Notes under the pieces: model-generated
Told to the model about the DNA's origin: nothing
What the model saw: only the letters and a program-made list of their open reading frames with translations
The model's database searches: none
Made by a program: the position numbers and the translations under genes
Shown: positions 37,036 to 50,473 of the stretch, in pieces
Numbering within the stretch: the first letter of the stretch is position 1
Layout of the letters: each line of letters starts with the position of its first letter
Assembly (NCBI GenBank): GCA_043228905.1
Contig: JBHGNT010000002.1
Span: forward strand, 27,094,001 to 27,158,000
Reading direction: 5' to 3'
Length of the DNA stretch: 64,000 bases
Origin: Azolla caroliniana
Taxonomy: Eukaryota > Plantae > Polypodiophyta

Positions 37036-40000
37036 AGGTATGGGTAGCGGGGGACAATTATGTAAATAGCGGAAACTAGCTATTCCTAGAATAAATAGCA
37101 TAAAGTGGCTCTTTTTACTCTTTTTACAGCTGGCACTCAATTTATATCTTTATTTTTATCCATTAATAATTTGTCATAGTTTTGTTTACCATCCTAATCT
37201 TATGTTTCTTCTGTTTTGACTCTCTCTGTGTCTGTCCGTGTTGTGTGCGCGCGTGTGTGTGTGCATGCCTCCTCCTGATTATTCTTATTTATCGCCGAAT
37301 TTAATTTTCATTTCCCATTTTTTTTATTACCTCCTGCAGTCATAATAATAATAATTATATTAATTATCCCCTCCCCCCCCCCCCCCCACTCAGGTGCTCT
37401 CTACAAACAAAAGCAAATTCATAGCCATGTTTTTAAATTGCTTGCTCCAGAATTTTATAATCTGGATTAATTTACGGCCACTATTCTCGACAGTGGATTA
37501 ATAAAGTAATTAGTGGCTCGAGTAGGGGGGGGGGGTGACTAATCAATCTATTGCTTAGTTAATTACTTACTGCAATCCCATCCATTATTTCTATTTCTAT
37601 TTTATCCTAATGCGGTGTTAAAACAATAATAAATCAATGTGGAAATCAATAAAGAACTGTGGCAGTAGTTAACACAAGGAAATTGGACTTAAAAATAATA
37701 ATAATCGAATCAACCAAAATGTTACGTAGATTTCTCCTGATTGAATTTTCTGTCAGAGACGTATTTGTACTAATAATGAATTCTCCAAAAAATACAGTCA
37801 GTTTGTTTTAATATATAGCTTTTATTATTAGCAAGTAAGGGGAAATGAGCCGTGTAAAAAAAAAAAACTCCTAAAAAGAAGAAGGAGAGACAATGAGTGT
37901 CAGTGAGTAACTCTATGTTTTTTAAAGAGAGAGAAAGAAAGATATATTAACGTCTGAGACATAGATTTGATTATGTGTCCTCAAAGGTCGGATATATATA
38001 TATATATTATAGTGACCTAGGTCCTACCCCACGGTACCAAAGAGAAGAAGAGTGAAACATTTTTTTTTCACGTCAATCTCTATATGGAGTTCCTTATGAC
38101 TGTCGTCAATGCTCGAGAATTTATACCTATGAATGTCGCACTTTTAATGATTTGTGGCTGGAATGGTTCCTGGGAGGAGAGGATAGTAGGATGCCATTAT
38201 CACCTTCTCTATTGTTTGTTTATCCTATCCGACGACATGGACATGGTAGCTTCACAAATCGTAATGCCGTTCTACACTAACTAAAAGAAGGTATTGTAGC
38301 ATGAGAAAGCCTTGCTAAGTCTTAAAAGCAGCTCACATCATGATCAAACCCTACCATACAACACTAGGAAGGGATGAAGATAGAACTTGGAATGGAATTT
38401 GGATCATTGGTGACACGCGATGTTTGTAATGCTTGACATCCTCCATGTCTGTGCATGAGTTGTGAATTTTGTGACTCCCTCCCTATCCACGATCATTGAA
38501 CCACCATTCTACCTACTTGCCTAGAATATATTCATACACCCAAACTTAATGCTCATTTAATGAGCTTTAAAAGTGTCTTAGGGGACTTCATGTAGGGTGT
38601 TAGAATGCAATGCTTCAACTTCTCAATTTCCTTCTTCTTCTTCTATGAAAGTTTTTCTCCTACGCTCACTCCTTTTGCACCCATTGCCCATTAGACAATC
38701 ATGTTGAGGGATATATTATCCCTTTGGATCTAAGGGTGTTGCTAAACATTTTGCAATATCAATGTTCTCCTCTTTGAATAAAGGACAATCTAGTTATGGC
38801 TCTCTTGTACATATTACAATAATCTAGGGTAGAGAAATGAGCATCTCATATCAACATCTCGATCTCATTGTTTGAAGCAAGGACAAATTTGGGAAATGCC
38901 ATAGATGGTCCTTATGGAATGTGCACGTATGGGAACAAGTTTGAAAACTATTTGCGTTATATCAAAAACCTATGCCACAAATCCTCTCAACATGAATATG
39001 TTCCATCCAAAATCTAGATTACCATAGCCAACAAGAAGTACACAACATTGTGCTTCCTTACTATTATTCACAATGTCATCATAAATGAAAATGGGTATAA
39101 CTATAACCAACAACTTGCTTTGCAACACATTGGTTTGCCTACTATTGAAGTGGACATCAAGCTTAGGCCCAACCTTATAGATCTTGCTTAGGAGGATAGA
39201 GCCCAACTCATTTGAGGGACCACCATATGTACATTATTATCGTTGTCGGAGTTAATAATAAACATCAATATCCTAATTTGTATTTCTTAGTATGAAAGTC
39301 TTGTGGATTACGTCTAAACTTTTTCTTGTATCTGAACTTATAGGGGACGTTACTTAAGCATGCTCCACTTAGAACATGTGGATACACAAGCATTTGATGA
39401 TGGAAATCATATGGATTGCCAAACAATCATATGGAAAGATAATAAATGATATTAATATCCAATCCAAGTTGCCTCTACTTTTCTGCTTCCGAAGCTATCT
39501 ATCGATGCTCCCAAATAATTAATAAGCCCCCAACAAATATTTATACGTCCACGCTTAGGAGATTAAACACACATCTCGAAATTAGGTTTCGTTCAATCGG
39601 AGGAGCAAACCTATATTGAAATATTGTGGCTTTTTGAAACTTAGGAAGATTCAATGTGGATTAGGATTTGCCATTATGTTCTCTATTGCGTATTAGAGCT
39701 CTATGTAAGATAAGGATCACACTAAATGTGTTTGTTACAATAATAGGAGTTGGTATGGCATGTAAAAAGTTCGCTTAGAGTTGGCTTTAATCCGATGAAG
39801 AAATCATTCAAGGAACAATAACATTGCACCGAGCTATGAATGAGACACAACATTCTATGAGATGTCCCCACCACAACAAAGATTCTCCATGGCTCTATGT
39901 GAGGCTAGAGACTACTACGTATACACAACCACTTCCACATACAATATATGAAATAACTCTTGATTTCCCTTGAGTTTGTCATCAAATCCATGAATAACTC

Positions 40001-42587
40001 ACAAAATCCTCTGATCATCATCCTAAAAGAGAGTTTGTCATCATCCTAAACGAGATGAATTGGCCATAAATTCAGTCAAATGGCACGTATAATTGCTTGA
40101 CAAGGATTGATTGTAGCTCGAAGAAAGCTTGGAGAAATAACAAGAAACTAAGGGGTGGTTTCAGAGTTCCTCTTATGATTAGAATAACACGAAGAAACTT
40201 TTTCATTGTATTATTATTAGTATATAGTATCTTTGTGGAGTTCAATGTTCATCCTGAAATGCTACAAGCCTACACCACCAAACAACCCTTAGTGCATATT
40301 ATATTTGCATGATGACTCACATGCTACATATTGTCTACTTTTAGTTCTTCACGTGATATATATTGTGTAGGTCTTTTACAAATAACATCGATTCCCATCT
40401 TACGCACAAAAGTATTAGATATGATTCTCTTAGGTTCTAGTGTGACATTTGACTATAGTATTCTGCTAGCTAGTTTTAATTGTTCCATGTTCTTTAACAA
40501 TTTTTACATTTTGTCTTATAAATGAATTCTGATCAGATCCCTTTCTTTTGCATTACCAACAAAATATTTAATTTTGGGAGTAGGCATAAATATTTGAATG
40601 TCCACCCAATAAAAAAGCAGATTTGGTTGGTGTGAAAGTTGTTCTGGCTTGGTTTAACCATAATTAGCTTGATATCTCCCCAATAGGCTTTCATCGAACA
40701 TGGATTTATATGTTACCAAAATTTACTACATAATGGTCGTTGGATACTTTCTAGTACGGTCTTGATAGTGAAGGATGTAATGGACATAAGTTGAGTAAAA
40801 AACAATGGTTACACTACAGAGCTCACTCATAGTTGCACCCAACACATACACCATCATGTTTATACACTTGATGTCGACAAATGCCATAAAATGATGAGTT
40901 TTGGATTATAAATAATAATGTGTGCCAACGTGTAGAAAGTCCTATATGGAGCTCCACGCAATACGAGCCACATCAACATTTGCCATGTAATGTCGTAGTT
41001 GATTCATTATATGTTACCTATGATTGACGGGGTACTTGAATTAACTTATTAATTATAAAAAAAAGTTGATGCTAGTTTATAATATTTTGAGGTGGACTAA
41101 TGGCACATAAAGATTCGTAACAAATTTCTAATAGATATGACTTTTAGCAATTCAGATCTATGGGTTGGTCATTTACACTCCCTCCATCTATTATTGTTGT
41201 ATTCCTTATAATCCACTATATTTACCTAATCTCACTCCATTATAAACAATGTTGGTTGCACTTCACCTCCAAATCCATGTGTTTGCTTTAAGTATATGGC
41301 TTCATAAACTTGCAGGTAGGACCACAAAAGTATCATTAGCAAAAGGAAGCATTGAACATTTGAACAAAAGCTAACAAAAATCCAAACTCTCATTGTGGCA
41401 TACTCATGCCACCTCCAACCGCTTTAGCTTCAATCCTCAGGCTAACCCTATAGTGTTGGTCAACAGATTACTATTTGTTGGAGACACTCTAACATGGATG
41501 GGCACATCCATGATAGGCTCTTGCACATTATCGTACTATATCACCAACAATTTTGTTTGCCAATGGAACACTAAATTCTTTGCTATTGCATTGCAATTAT
41601 TGTTATACGCGTTTAATTTGCACAACCTCTCCTTTCATTGGAGCTCTCATATTAAGCATGTTAAAAAATATGTGACCTCGTAAGTTGTTCCCATACTTGA
41701 CGAAGAGATGCCATTGGTTGAGATACAACAAAATAGTTTGAATGGACTACTAAAGATTTGTAGTTCTAGTAAAATTGGTCGTGCAAGTAAAATTGGTTGG
41801 CATGTATCCATATCATATGAAGAGTTTGACAAAGGTACTGACGCATATACAACAAAATGAAGAAAGTTAATAAAAAACCCTGACAAAGCTCTAATAAAGT
41901 TATGACAAAGTTAGTGAATAAGCAATTGCTATACATCACTGTAGATTGTAGTTGAGTCCCTCATTATAAGTTGGATGATCAATAGAACGGAATTTGAAGT
42001 ATGTTGGAAGAAATGGTGGAACTGCTAAAGTATTCTGGCTCCAATAACACTATGGAATCGTTGCATTAGGCTTGCAACATTTTGTGTTATGATACTATAA
42101 TAGCTTTTAAAATAATGAAAACAAATAGTAGTCACACACAAGAAATTTTCCTCACTTCGAGGAAACTATTTCAAAATTCGGTTGACACCGAAACCGATTG
42201 TCTATTACATTTTTACCAAATTTCTAGAAGAGTAGACCCATTAAATCTCATATTTGAAGAACTCATACTACAACACCACATACTTGCACTAGCTTATGGA
42301 TCATCATGTAGTATTTCATTAATTATGTATTGTATGTTGTAAATTAACAATATAATGATTTTTTATGGTGTGCATGATAGTGATGAAATTGTAATGTTGA
42401 TGATAATGTTATTGGGTATCTTAGAGGATCTTACAAGTTGTTGATGATCATTATAAAAGGAACATGACATTCTTATCGAGATATGTGGGATTAAACAAGT
42501 TTTTGAGGTTTTACGCTTGTCATACTAGGGTTACAATCCCTAATTTCTTCCCTACCAACAACCACAATGTTTTGGCTAGTTAGCCAT

Positions 42588-42850
42588 TTCTTCTTGTGTC
42601 TTGGTGAGTGTCCCCTCCATTACGCCAAATTTGGACTACATCTTGGGCCTATCTAGCATTTGTAATATTCCTAAATGCTCTATCAACCAATAGAAAAGAG
42701 GCTTCAATTGCTTACACGAGAAAATTTGATTTCATCTTATGTCTTGGCCGAGTGTCCCATCCATTACATGAAATTTGGAGCACATCATTGGCCTTTTATG
42801 CATTCGTAATGAGTCTCTCTCAACCAATAGAAAAGAGGCTTCATTACTTT
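42588..42850. repeat. Diverged tandem duplication (~140-bp unit)
   Basis: gagtgtccc.tccattac...tcaaccaatagaaaagaggcttca occurs twice. Confidence 0.7.
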
Positions 42851-44390
42851 TGCCAAATTGAATGACCCTTAGTATTCTCCAAACTTGTCACAAATATATT
42901 TCCAAATATAGGCAAAATGATAGTGTCTTGATGCAAAAGTATATGATGTCATGACATTTCTTACAAGGCCTGAATCAAAGTTCGAAATTTCCCAATGCTT
43001 GTCTATTGGTTTGGTAGAGTTGGTTGGGGAAAGTTTCAATTGCCAAGTAAGGAATTTTGCTTGATTATCAATAGTATAAAGGATGTCTTGCATCACCGAT
43101 TTGCATCATGGAACATGGCTTCATTGGAATAAAAAAAAACATCGGTAGCATTGGAAATGCTTACATTAGCATTGAGTGTGTAAAATTAACCTTTGAAGAT
43201 ACACTTGTGATGCAAATAGACGAGTAACGATGCGGGTAATATTGGAGGGCCAAGGAATTGTTGTCTAATTGTACCAGGAATGCATGCACTTGTATGTAAT
43301 GAGAACAAGCTTATGTTCATGCATTCCAAGGAGATGTGCTTGAGGTGGGGAACAAGGGGCGAAGGGTGATTGAACTATGCAATGTGGTGAATTGGAATGT
43401 GTATACACTCCAACAAGACAGTAAGGATTCATTCAAAGCCATCATTTGCACTCACAATAATCCCAATTCCAAATGTTATAAGCACATACCAACATTTCTT
43501 ATGTTGAAAATTTTGGATGTGTATCCATAGTCTTGTGAATATTTATCCACCATGATACGTACCCTTTTATGTTTTAGTCTCAAGTATGTCTTTTTGTAAG
43601 ATCATAAGTATGGTTTTCTTTATTTTTTTAGACAAAGGAATCTTTACGTATGAGCTTCACATACGTTTATGGATAGTAATGAAAATGTCCCTTCTAAGTA
43701 TCAATGGAATCAATATTTGCTATGCTAAATTTATAGATTGAGAAAAATGTGCAAACCAAGAATTCTAGGGGTTGATTGAATGTAAGATCTCTTGAAACCC
43801 CAATGTCACTAGAACACTAGCCAACTCCTCTAAGAGAGGACGTGGCCCCAATATCTCTAATTCCAAGGCATGGAGTTCTCAATTATTTGCTAAACCTCCT
43901 AAGGTTCTCACAACTTAAGAGCATCTCAATGTATTTAAATTCTCTATTTCGCGTTCTGTACGTCAAGGCTGTCCATTGGCCCCATTCCTGTTTTTGCTAG
44001 TAATGGAAACATTTTCAATGTATTTAAATTCTCCTCAAGTTTCTCTTAAGGGTTTGCCTTTGCCTACAATGCAACAACAATTGTTGGATTTAGAATCCCG
44101 CAGATGATACTGCAATTTATTTCCAAGGTAATCATGATAATTTAAGAAAATTGCAAGTAGTAGTGGAGGAATTCAGTTTGGCCTCTGGAGCAAAGATAAA
44201 TTGGCATAAATCTCTTGGTTTTTGGGCACCACAAAATTCATTGCCTACTTGGATACCTTCAAAGGAATTCAAGTGGGTTCTTGATGGAACCACCACTCGT
44301 TACTTAGGTTGCCAAGTGAGACTTCATGTAAATGCAGATATATTAGTTGCTCCTCTATTTGTAAAGTTAAGGAGAAAATTGTTGCTTTGG

Positions 44391-44828
44391 GCGCTGTGGA
44401 CAATATGGAAAACGAGATGCGATGCTGTTTTTAATAATGCTCACATACATCTCAATAATATGCTTATTGAATTCTGGTGGTTATTTGTCCACACCATACG
44501 TGGACAATATGATGATTTGCAGGGTACAACTGATGCTCAAAGGCAACGTCAAGTGGACTTTAAGAAACGGTGGCGAGGGCTTCACTTATTTTCAGATACG
44601 TCTCCTGGTATGAAGTGGAATTATTCCATTCCTCCTTTTTTATTGCATAGCTTGTAGATGGTGTTCCATTTGTTCCTATTGTGATATCATCTGTATCATC
44701 AGATGTTGGTATTAGGTTTTGTATTACAATAGAGGTGAGATGAAATGTCTCCCTCTGTTTTCTATATGTACATTTCTCAAGTAATTTACTAAGGTGTATC
44801 TTTTTAACAAAAAAAAAAAAAATAAAAA
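44391..44828 (+). mobile_element. Young 5'-truncated LINE copy nested in the older LINE
   Basis: TSD aaaattgttgctttggg on both sides, poly(A) tail at ~44806-44832, near-identical to 52445-52858 (reverse complement). Confidence 0.92.
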
Positions 44829-45263
44829 AAAAATTGTTGCTTTGGGATTCGGTTAACCTGTCATTTGCAGGTTGTGTACTTGTAACTAACCAAGTTCTTC
44901 TAGCAACTATTTGGTATATTGCTTCTACTATGTTGTTTGCTAGATCATGTATTTTGCAAGTGCAACACCTCATTCGCAATTACATTTGATGAGGAAAAAC
45001 AGGTTAAGATAAACGGCCAAAAGTAGCTTGGGCAGTATTGATTGCTCCGCGACAAAATGGTGGGTTGGGGCTAGTGGATTCGGAATCACAATGTAAGGCT
45101 TTGCTTTCTAAATTTGTGTGTAGAGTTGTGTTGCCAATGCAAGGTGTTTGGAGTTAGTTGATGATGCATAGCCTATCTACTATGTGTTCGACAATAGGTG
45201 GAATGTGGCAACCCTCATTAAGGTGGGCATTTATTCAAAATTTTCATTTGTTTAAACAACCTT

Positions 45264-45597
45264 TGTTGGGAAAATAGGTTCCTCCGGATGGGAAGAGCAT
45301 GAGCGGAATGGAATGGAAGCTAAGGTCAAAAATTGATTTCCGAAAAATCAACTAGTCGACAGTCGATTGCTAATCGATTCGGTTATTAGCCGAATCGGTC
45401 GAAGCCGAATTGGGAGGGGGCTATAATTATAATAATTTATAAATAGCCTAAATATGCCCTTAGTGTGCCTATGCCATAGTTGTAAATAGCCCATATTGTA
45501 TATGAGTATAAATATACTTAGGGCAAGTAGTTAGAGATGTAGAAGTTATTGATCATCATAGTTGTAATAAGTTACTGTGAGTAATTGTCTCTATAAC

Positions 45598-45648
<51 letters not shown>

Positions 45649-45878
45649 GTAACTCTGCCGCCGTCTGTTAGATGAAGACGGGCTCGAGGTCGATGCCTCT
45701 GATTCTCTTATTGTATTTCCTCTCATACATAGTGATTTGTTTCTTGGGGTTTGTGGACCCCCGTGGTTTTTCCCTTCTGGGTTTTCCACGTTAAAATATC
45801 TTGTGTCCAACTTTTAGTTTTTTGTTCTCTCTCCTTTTGTACTTGAAGCTCAGTTGTGGCCTAGACAAATTTTCAACA
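45264..45878 (+). mobile_element. Solo LTR (TGTTG...CAACA) with internal (GA)n
   Basis: Canonical termini; it interrupts the LINE reading frame (..FKQP | SKDRF..). Only a 3-bp flank match (ctt) is visible. Confidence 0.8.
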
Positions 45879-45982
45879 CTTGTCAAAAGATAGATTTTTT
45901 AATAGAATTCTCACAAGTTGGTCAACTGTTAAAAAGTTTCTAGTTCAAAAGATGCCTTTGACAACGGATGACTTGTTGAGAC

Positions 45983-46475
45983 TATCATGAATCTGTGAAC
46001 ATTATGCTTCACCTGGACCTTAACCTAGGACTTCCTATTACGAAATTCGAAGCCTAACCATAAAGGCTACTTTTCATAGTGATTATTGTATCAGAGAAAC
46101 TTATGGAACTTTCTAGAACATTCTAGAAATCTTCTGGAACATCCTAGAATATTCTAGGTCTAGAACAAAGCAAGAGATTGAACAGACAGATCATATCAAA
46201 TTAGTTCGAATCAATTTGTCAGAACAAAGCAAGAGATTGAACGATTGAAGGAAGGTATAAGAGAATAAAAGAAGAGCGGAGAATGGATTGATAAGAGAAA
46301 AGTGAGTTTATTAGAATAGAATGAGTACAAGGATGAGTTGGATACAAGGTAGGCTTGGAGCTGAAGACTGGTGATAAAGGCTACTTTTCATAGTGATTAT
46401 TGTATCAGAGAAACTTCTGAAACTTTCTAGAACTTTCTAGAACCTTGGATACAAGATTTCTAGAATGTTCTAATA
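45983..46475 (-). mobile_element. LTR-like insertion with TA...TA termini and a 5-bp TSD
   Basis: TSD gagac at 45978-45982 and 46476-46480. The LINE frame LLR|QPLTWN is restored on removal. Contains a ~60-bp internal direct repeat (taaaggctacttttcatagtgattattgtatcagagaaac). Confidence 0.78.
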
Positions 46476-46619
46476 GAGACAACCTTTGACCTGGAATTTT
46501 CTCCTATGATGCAAGGGTTTTTTTGGTTGGTAGCCGTCCTCAGCTGAATTGGGCTTCTTTGGATGGCACATCAGTTGCAGGTAGTGTTCTATCATGGGGA
46601 TGCTATGTTATGAAAATTA

Positions 46620-47967
46620 GGTAAAAGTACGAGGATACCCCTAGAAGTTTGTCTATTTACCAGAATGCCCCTAGAAGTTCCAAATTTACCAAACTACCCC
46701 TATGTCCAAAAAAATACACTCTATAAAGTAATTATACACTCAAATCTACAAGCCCTATTTACCAGAATACCCTTCAAACACAAATTTCTTTAGTTAAGCG
46801 ATTCTTTGGGTCCTTTGTACCTAACGGTGTAGTCTTTCTTTTCCACTCCAACAATTTTCATTTTCGAGTTGGATTTATTTCGGCATGTAGAGTGAAGTAG
46901 TCCGCCCACTGTAACATTAGATAATTGATCCATGCTAGCTCCATCGAGATGAGATTCATCTCGTTGTGCCACATTCAATGATTCCTGTAAACCACTATGT
47001 TCAATTGAGGTACTTGCAATGGACTCTTTCCATTGCATTTGAAACTCTTATTTCACAAACATTGGTACTTCTCTCTTTTCTCATGCTTGCAATAGAATCT
47101 TCATCCATATGCAAACTTTCTGTCATGTTGGGAGATTTTAGGTCTCTTATTTTTCCATCTTCATTTCTCAGTTTCTTTTGCAATTTGATTTAAAAAAGAT
47201 TAACCACATCACGAACACTCAATTGGGGATTATTATCTTGCCTTATATCTTCTGCAAAGAGTTTGTTTTCCACCATGCTCATTTCAGACACTCTTTCATA
47301 ACCATGATCAATCTAGAAAGCCAAATTCTACTGCCGACATTTTCATTGTTTTCCTTCCAGGGGAATTATCATTACCTGTGCATGTTCTTCCATCACTGGA
47401 GATGCTCCCGTCAGAAAAAGAAGAAGATTCATCACATCCATTATTTTGGATTGTTGATCGGCAATGACTTACAAGCCGGATAAAGTCCAGAATGGGAAAG
47501 GGATAATTAATTTAGAACTATCTATAATTATTTGCCGGTCAACATGGATGTTGCTTGAATTATGGCCATCATTTTTGGATGTTGCTTGAATTTTGGATGT
47601 TTCCAAAGAAATAATAGAATTTGTTCTATTTCCATGAGGCCTATTCAATTTCTATTGTGAATTTACATTTATCCCCACTACTCCCAGAAGTTTTTTCTGT
47701 TTCTTCTTATATGATCCCATAAAGTCAATGTAGGCCTCCCTAGAAGAAAAAGAGGTTCATTGAATCTTCTATGTTAGAAAATAATCACCACAAAAAGAAT
47801 TGATGTATGTATAATTGCTTAAGTAAAGAAATTTGTGTTTGAAGGGTATTCTAGTAAATAGGGCTTGTAGATTTGAGTGTATAATTACTTTATAAAGTGT
47901 ATTTTTTTGGACATAGGGGCATTCTGGTAAATAGACGAACTTCCAAGGGTATCCTGGTACTTTTCCC
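46620..47967. mobile_element. Pack-MULE-like element with ~200/150-bp inverted arms and ~1 kb of captured sequence
   Basis: Arms 46620-46822 and 47817-47967 are inverted and end GGTAAAAG / CTTTTCCC. Flanks tatgaaaatta / tatgaatta form an imperfect 9-bp TSD. The interior has broken exon-like ORFs on the minus strand and no transposase. Confidence 0.88.
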
Positions 47968-50208
47968 TATGAATTAACCGTTACAATCTTGGTCTATGCT
48001 TTTAGTTCTAGGAGGTTCTATTATGTGCAATGATATGCAAGTGGCATTGGGACAATTTATGGCTTCATAGTCCCCCTTTAGCAATAAGATTTGGTTTGGT
48101 TATTTCTCTCCTTTAAACATTATTTTAGGAGCTAAAGTACCTAACACTACAGTTGATGCTATATACTTTAATGTGGATGATGATGGTAGGTTGTGGCATG
48201 TATTTTCTGCATCAAATGTGTGGATGTCCGCAAATGTTTCAGCTATTCGTGCAGTTGCAAGATCTGGAAAAAAATGGTTCTTGGATCTACCTTTTCAAGA
48301 ATGCTTGTTGTGTTCCTCATTGTGAGTCTGTACAATTTGTATTGGGATCTGGTTGATTATCAATGGAAAAACCCAATTGCTAGTGGAAATGGTAAACATT
48401 TGGAGTTTTTCCAATATTCACTTAAGCTAGGTAGAAATTTGTTGTTGCATCAAAGTATAAATGCCCTATTGCCATTAAGCATTGGACTACAAATAATGTG
48501 CATGCATTGCAACTTACCAAATTTTGGAAATTGTTGTGGAGTATGCAGTTGCCGAAAAAAGTGATTTGTTTTCATTGGTTGTTTATGCATTATGCTCTTC
48601 CTATTGGTGATTGGTTGAGGCAAAATTAGCAATATGCTTGTGGAATGCATTGTAGTATATCTATGGAATCTATTTTGCATGTGTTTTGGTCATGTCCCAG
48701 TATCAAGCAAGTTTGAAGTAAGTTGTTTTTATTGCTGAGACAACATTATTCTTGTTCTATTTTCTCGTGGAGTGTAGTATTATGGGGTGTCCTTCATGGA
48801 GATGTTATGAAATATGAAAGTAGGCATGCTTCTCATGTCTTTCACTTTTCCCATGGAAACCTCTATCTCACCTCATTTCCATCTTCTATTCAACAGTTTA
48901 GAATTGAAATTTTGGTTATTTGGCGTACTATTACGTCATTGGTTCTTTGGATAATATGGAAAGCGATATGTGATACCGTTTTTAATAATGCTCACATCCA
49001 TCTCCGCACCATGCTTATTGAATTTTGGCTGTTATTTGTTCATACACTACGTGGTCAATATGATGATCTGGAGGGTTCAGCTGATGTTCTATGGCAACGT
49101 CAAGTGGCCTTTAAGAAATGATGGCAAGGGCTTCGCTTATTTTCAAATGCAACTTATGGTCGGAGGTAGAATTATGCCATACCTTTTTTGTTGCATAGCT
49201 CGTAGTTTTTGCTCCACTTGTTTCTTATATGATATCATCTGTTTGATCAGATGTTGGTACTAGCCTTTGTATCACAATAGAAGTGAGATGAAATGTCTCC
49301 TTTTGTTTTCTCTATGTACATTTCGCATGTAATATACTAGGGTGTATCTTTCTTTAAAAAAAACAACTTAAGAGCATCTCAACTGTAATCATGTTGCACT
49401 TTATTGGAGTAAGAGGTACAACGTTTTTAGCTTGTTGCGATATAGGTACATTGAAGAACTTTGGAGCATCATGACAATATTCATGCTTGTTGTAAGAGCT
49501 ATGATCTTTCTAGCTTCTTGTAATCTAGGTGCATCAAGGAACTTTGGAGCACAACCATATTCATGTTGCAACTTCAAGTAGAGGTTGTTAGACGAGAGAG
49601 AGAGACTAAAATACAATATGTCCATGCACATATATCACAACAAGTTAGGGTTTATATGAGAAGGTCAAAGTTTGACGGATGGTCTCTTGCATAAGTCACA
49701 CTGAAGATGTGTATCCATGTCCATGGGGTTATTAACCCACTTTCTCTAGGTGTTTGCCCTTAGGTTATTGGTTTTTGTCACTTATTTAACATCAATCAAT
49801 TAAGCCATAAGTTGGACAAGTCCAAAATTGTAGCCACGAGAGAGTTAATATTGATGACAAGAAAAGGACGCTAAGTTAAAAGGCAACCTAGTGCAATTTA
49901 AAAGATTTGTAATGGAAGAATATGTGAAGCCTTATATATGGTCTATGATAACACCTTGAGACTCTAGATTCACAAAATATATACTCTATGAAGAGATTCG
50001 GAGTGGGAACAAAATCTTTCCTCAAATTGTTTTCTCTCTACGATGGTACCCATGCCATATGGCCTACTCTCTACACGAAAAGAGAAAAGCATAACAATAA
50101 TTTGGAAATATCCAATGTAAAGAAGCAATATCTAGCAGTTTTTCATTGAATTTGTTAGATAACATTGTCGAGGAGGAGACCCCAAGGTGCAAAGCTCAAC
50201 GTCCAAGG

Positions 50209-50262
<54 letters not shown>

Positions 50263-50438
50263 CATCATGCTTCTATTTAATCCTTAGACAAAGGTGTCAC
50301 GTGGTAATCTTTAGAAAAAGATATATTGACAAAGTTTAAAAGGCCAAAATAGGGGTTATGAAACCATATATCGAGGGTTTACATCTTAAAATGTTCTCTC
50401 GTCTTCAGACGTGGGGGGATTATCTATGATTTCCGAAG

Positions 50439-50473
<35 letters not shown>

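Larger units (their letters stand above)
43930..49362 (+). mobile_element. 5'-truncated L1-like LINE (RT + zf-RVT), interrupted by four nested insertions
   Basis: 20-bp TSD acaacttaagagcatctcaa at 43910-43929 and 49363-49382, with a short poly(A). Motifs SVRQGCPLAPFLF, ADDTAIYFQG, SGAKINWHKS, RYLGCQV, NQVLLATIWY, RQPLTWN, LWIIWKA. Confidence 0.92.

Noticed and set aside
38400-43900. Scattered short ORFs
   Set aside because: No coherent exon chain or motifs. Probably old transposon debris that cannot be classified by eye.
44151-44657. 168-aa ORF that looks like a RT/zf-RVT fusion gene
   Set aside because: A chance in-frame junction between the host LINE and the nested LINE copy at the TSD.
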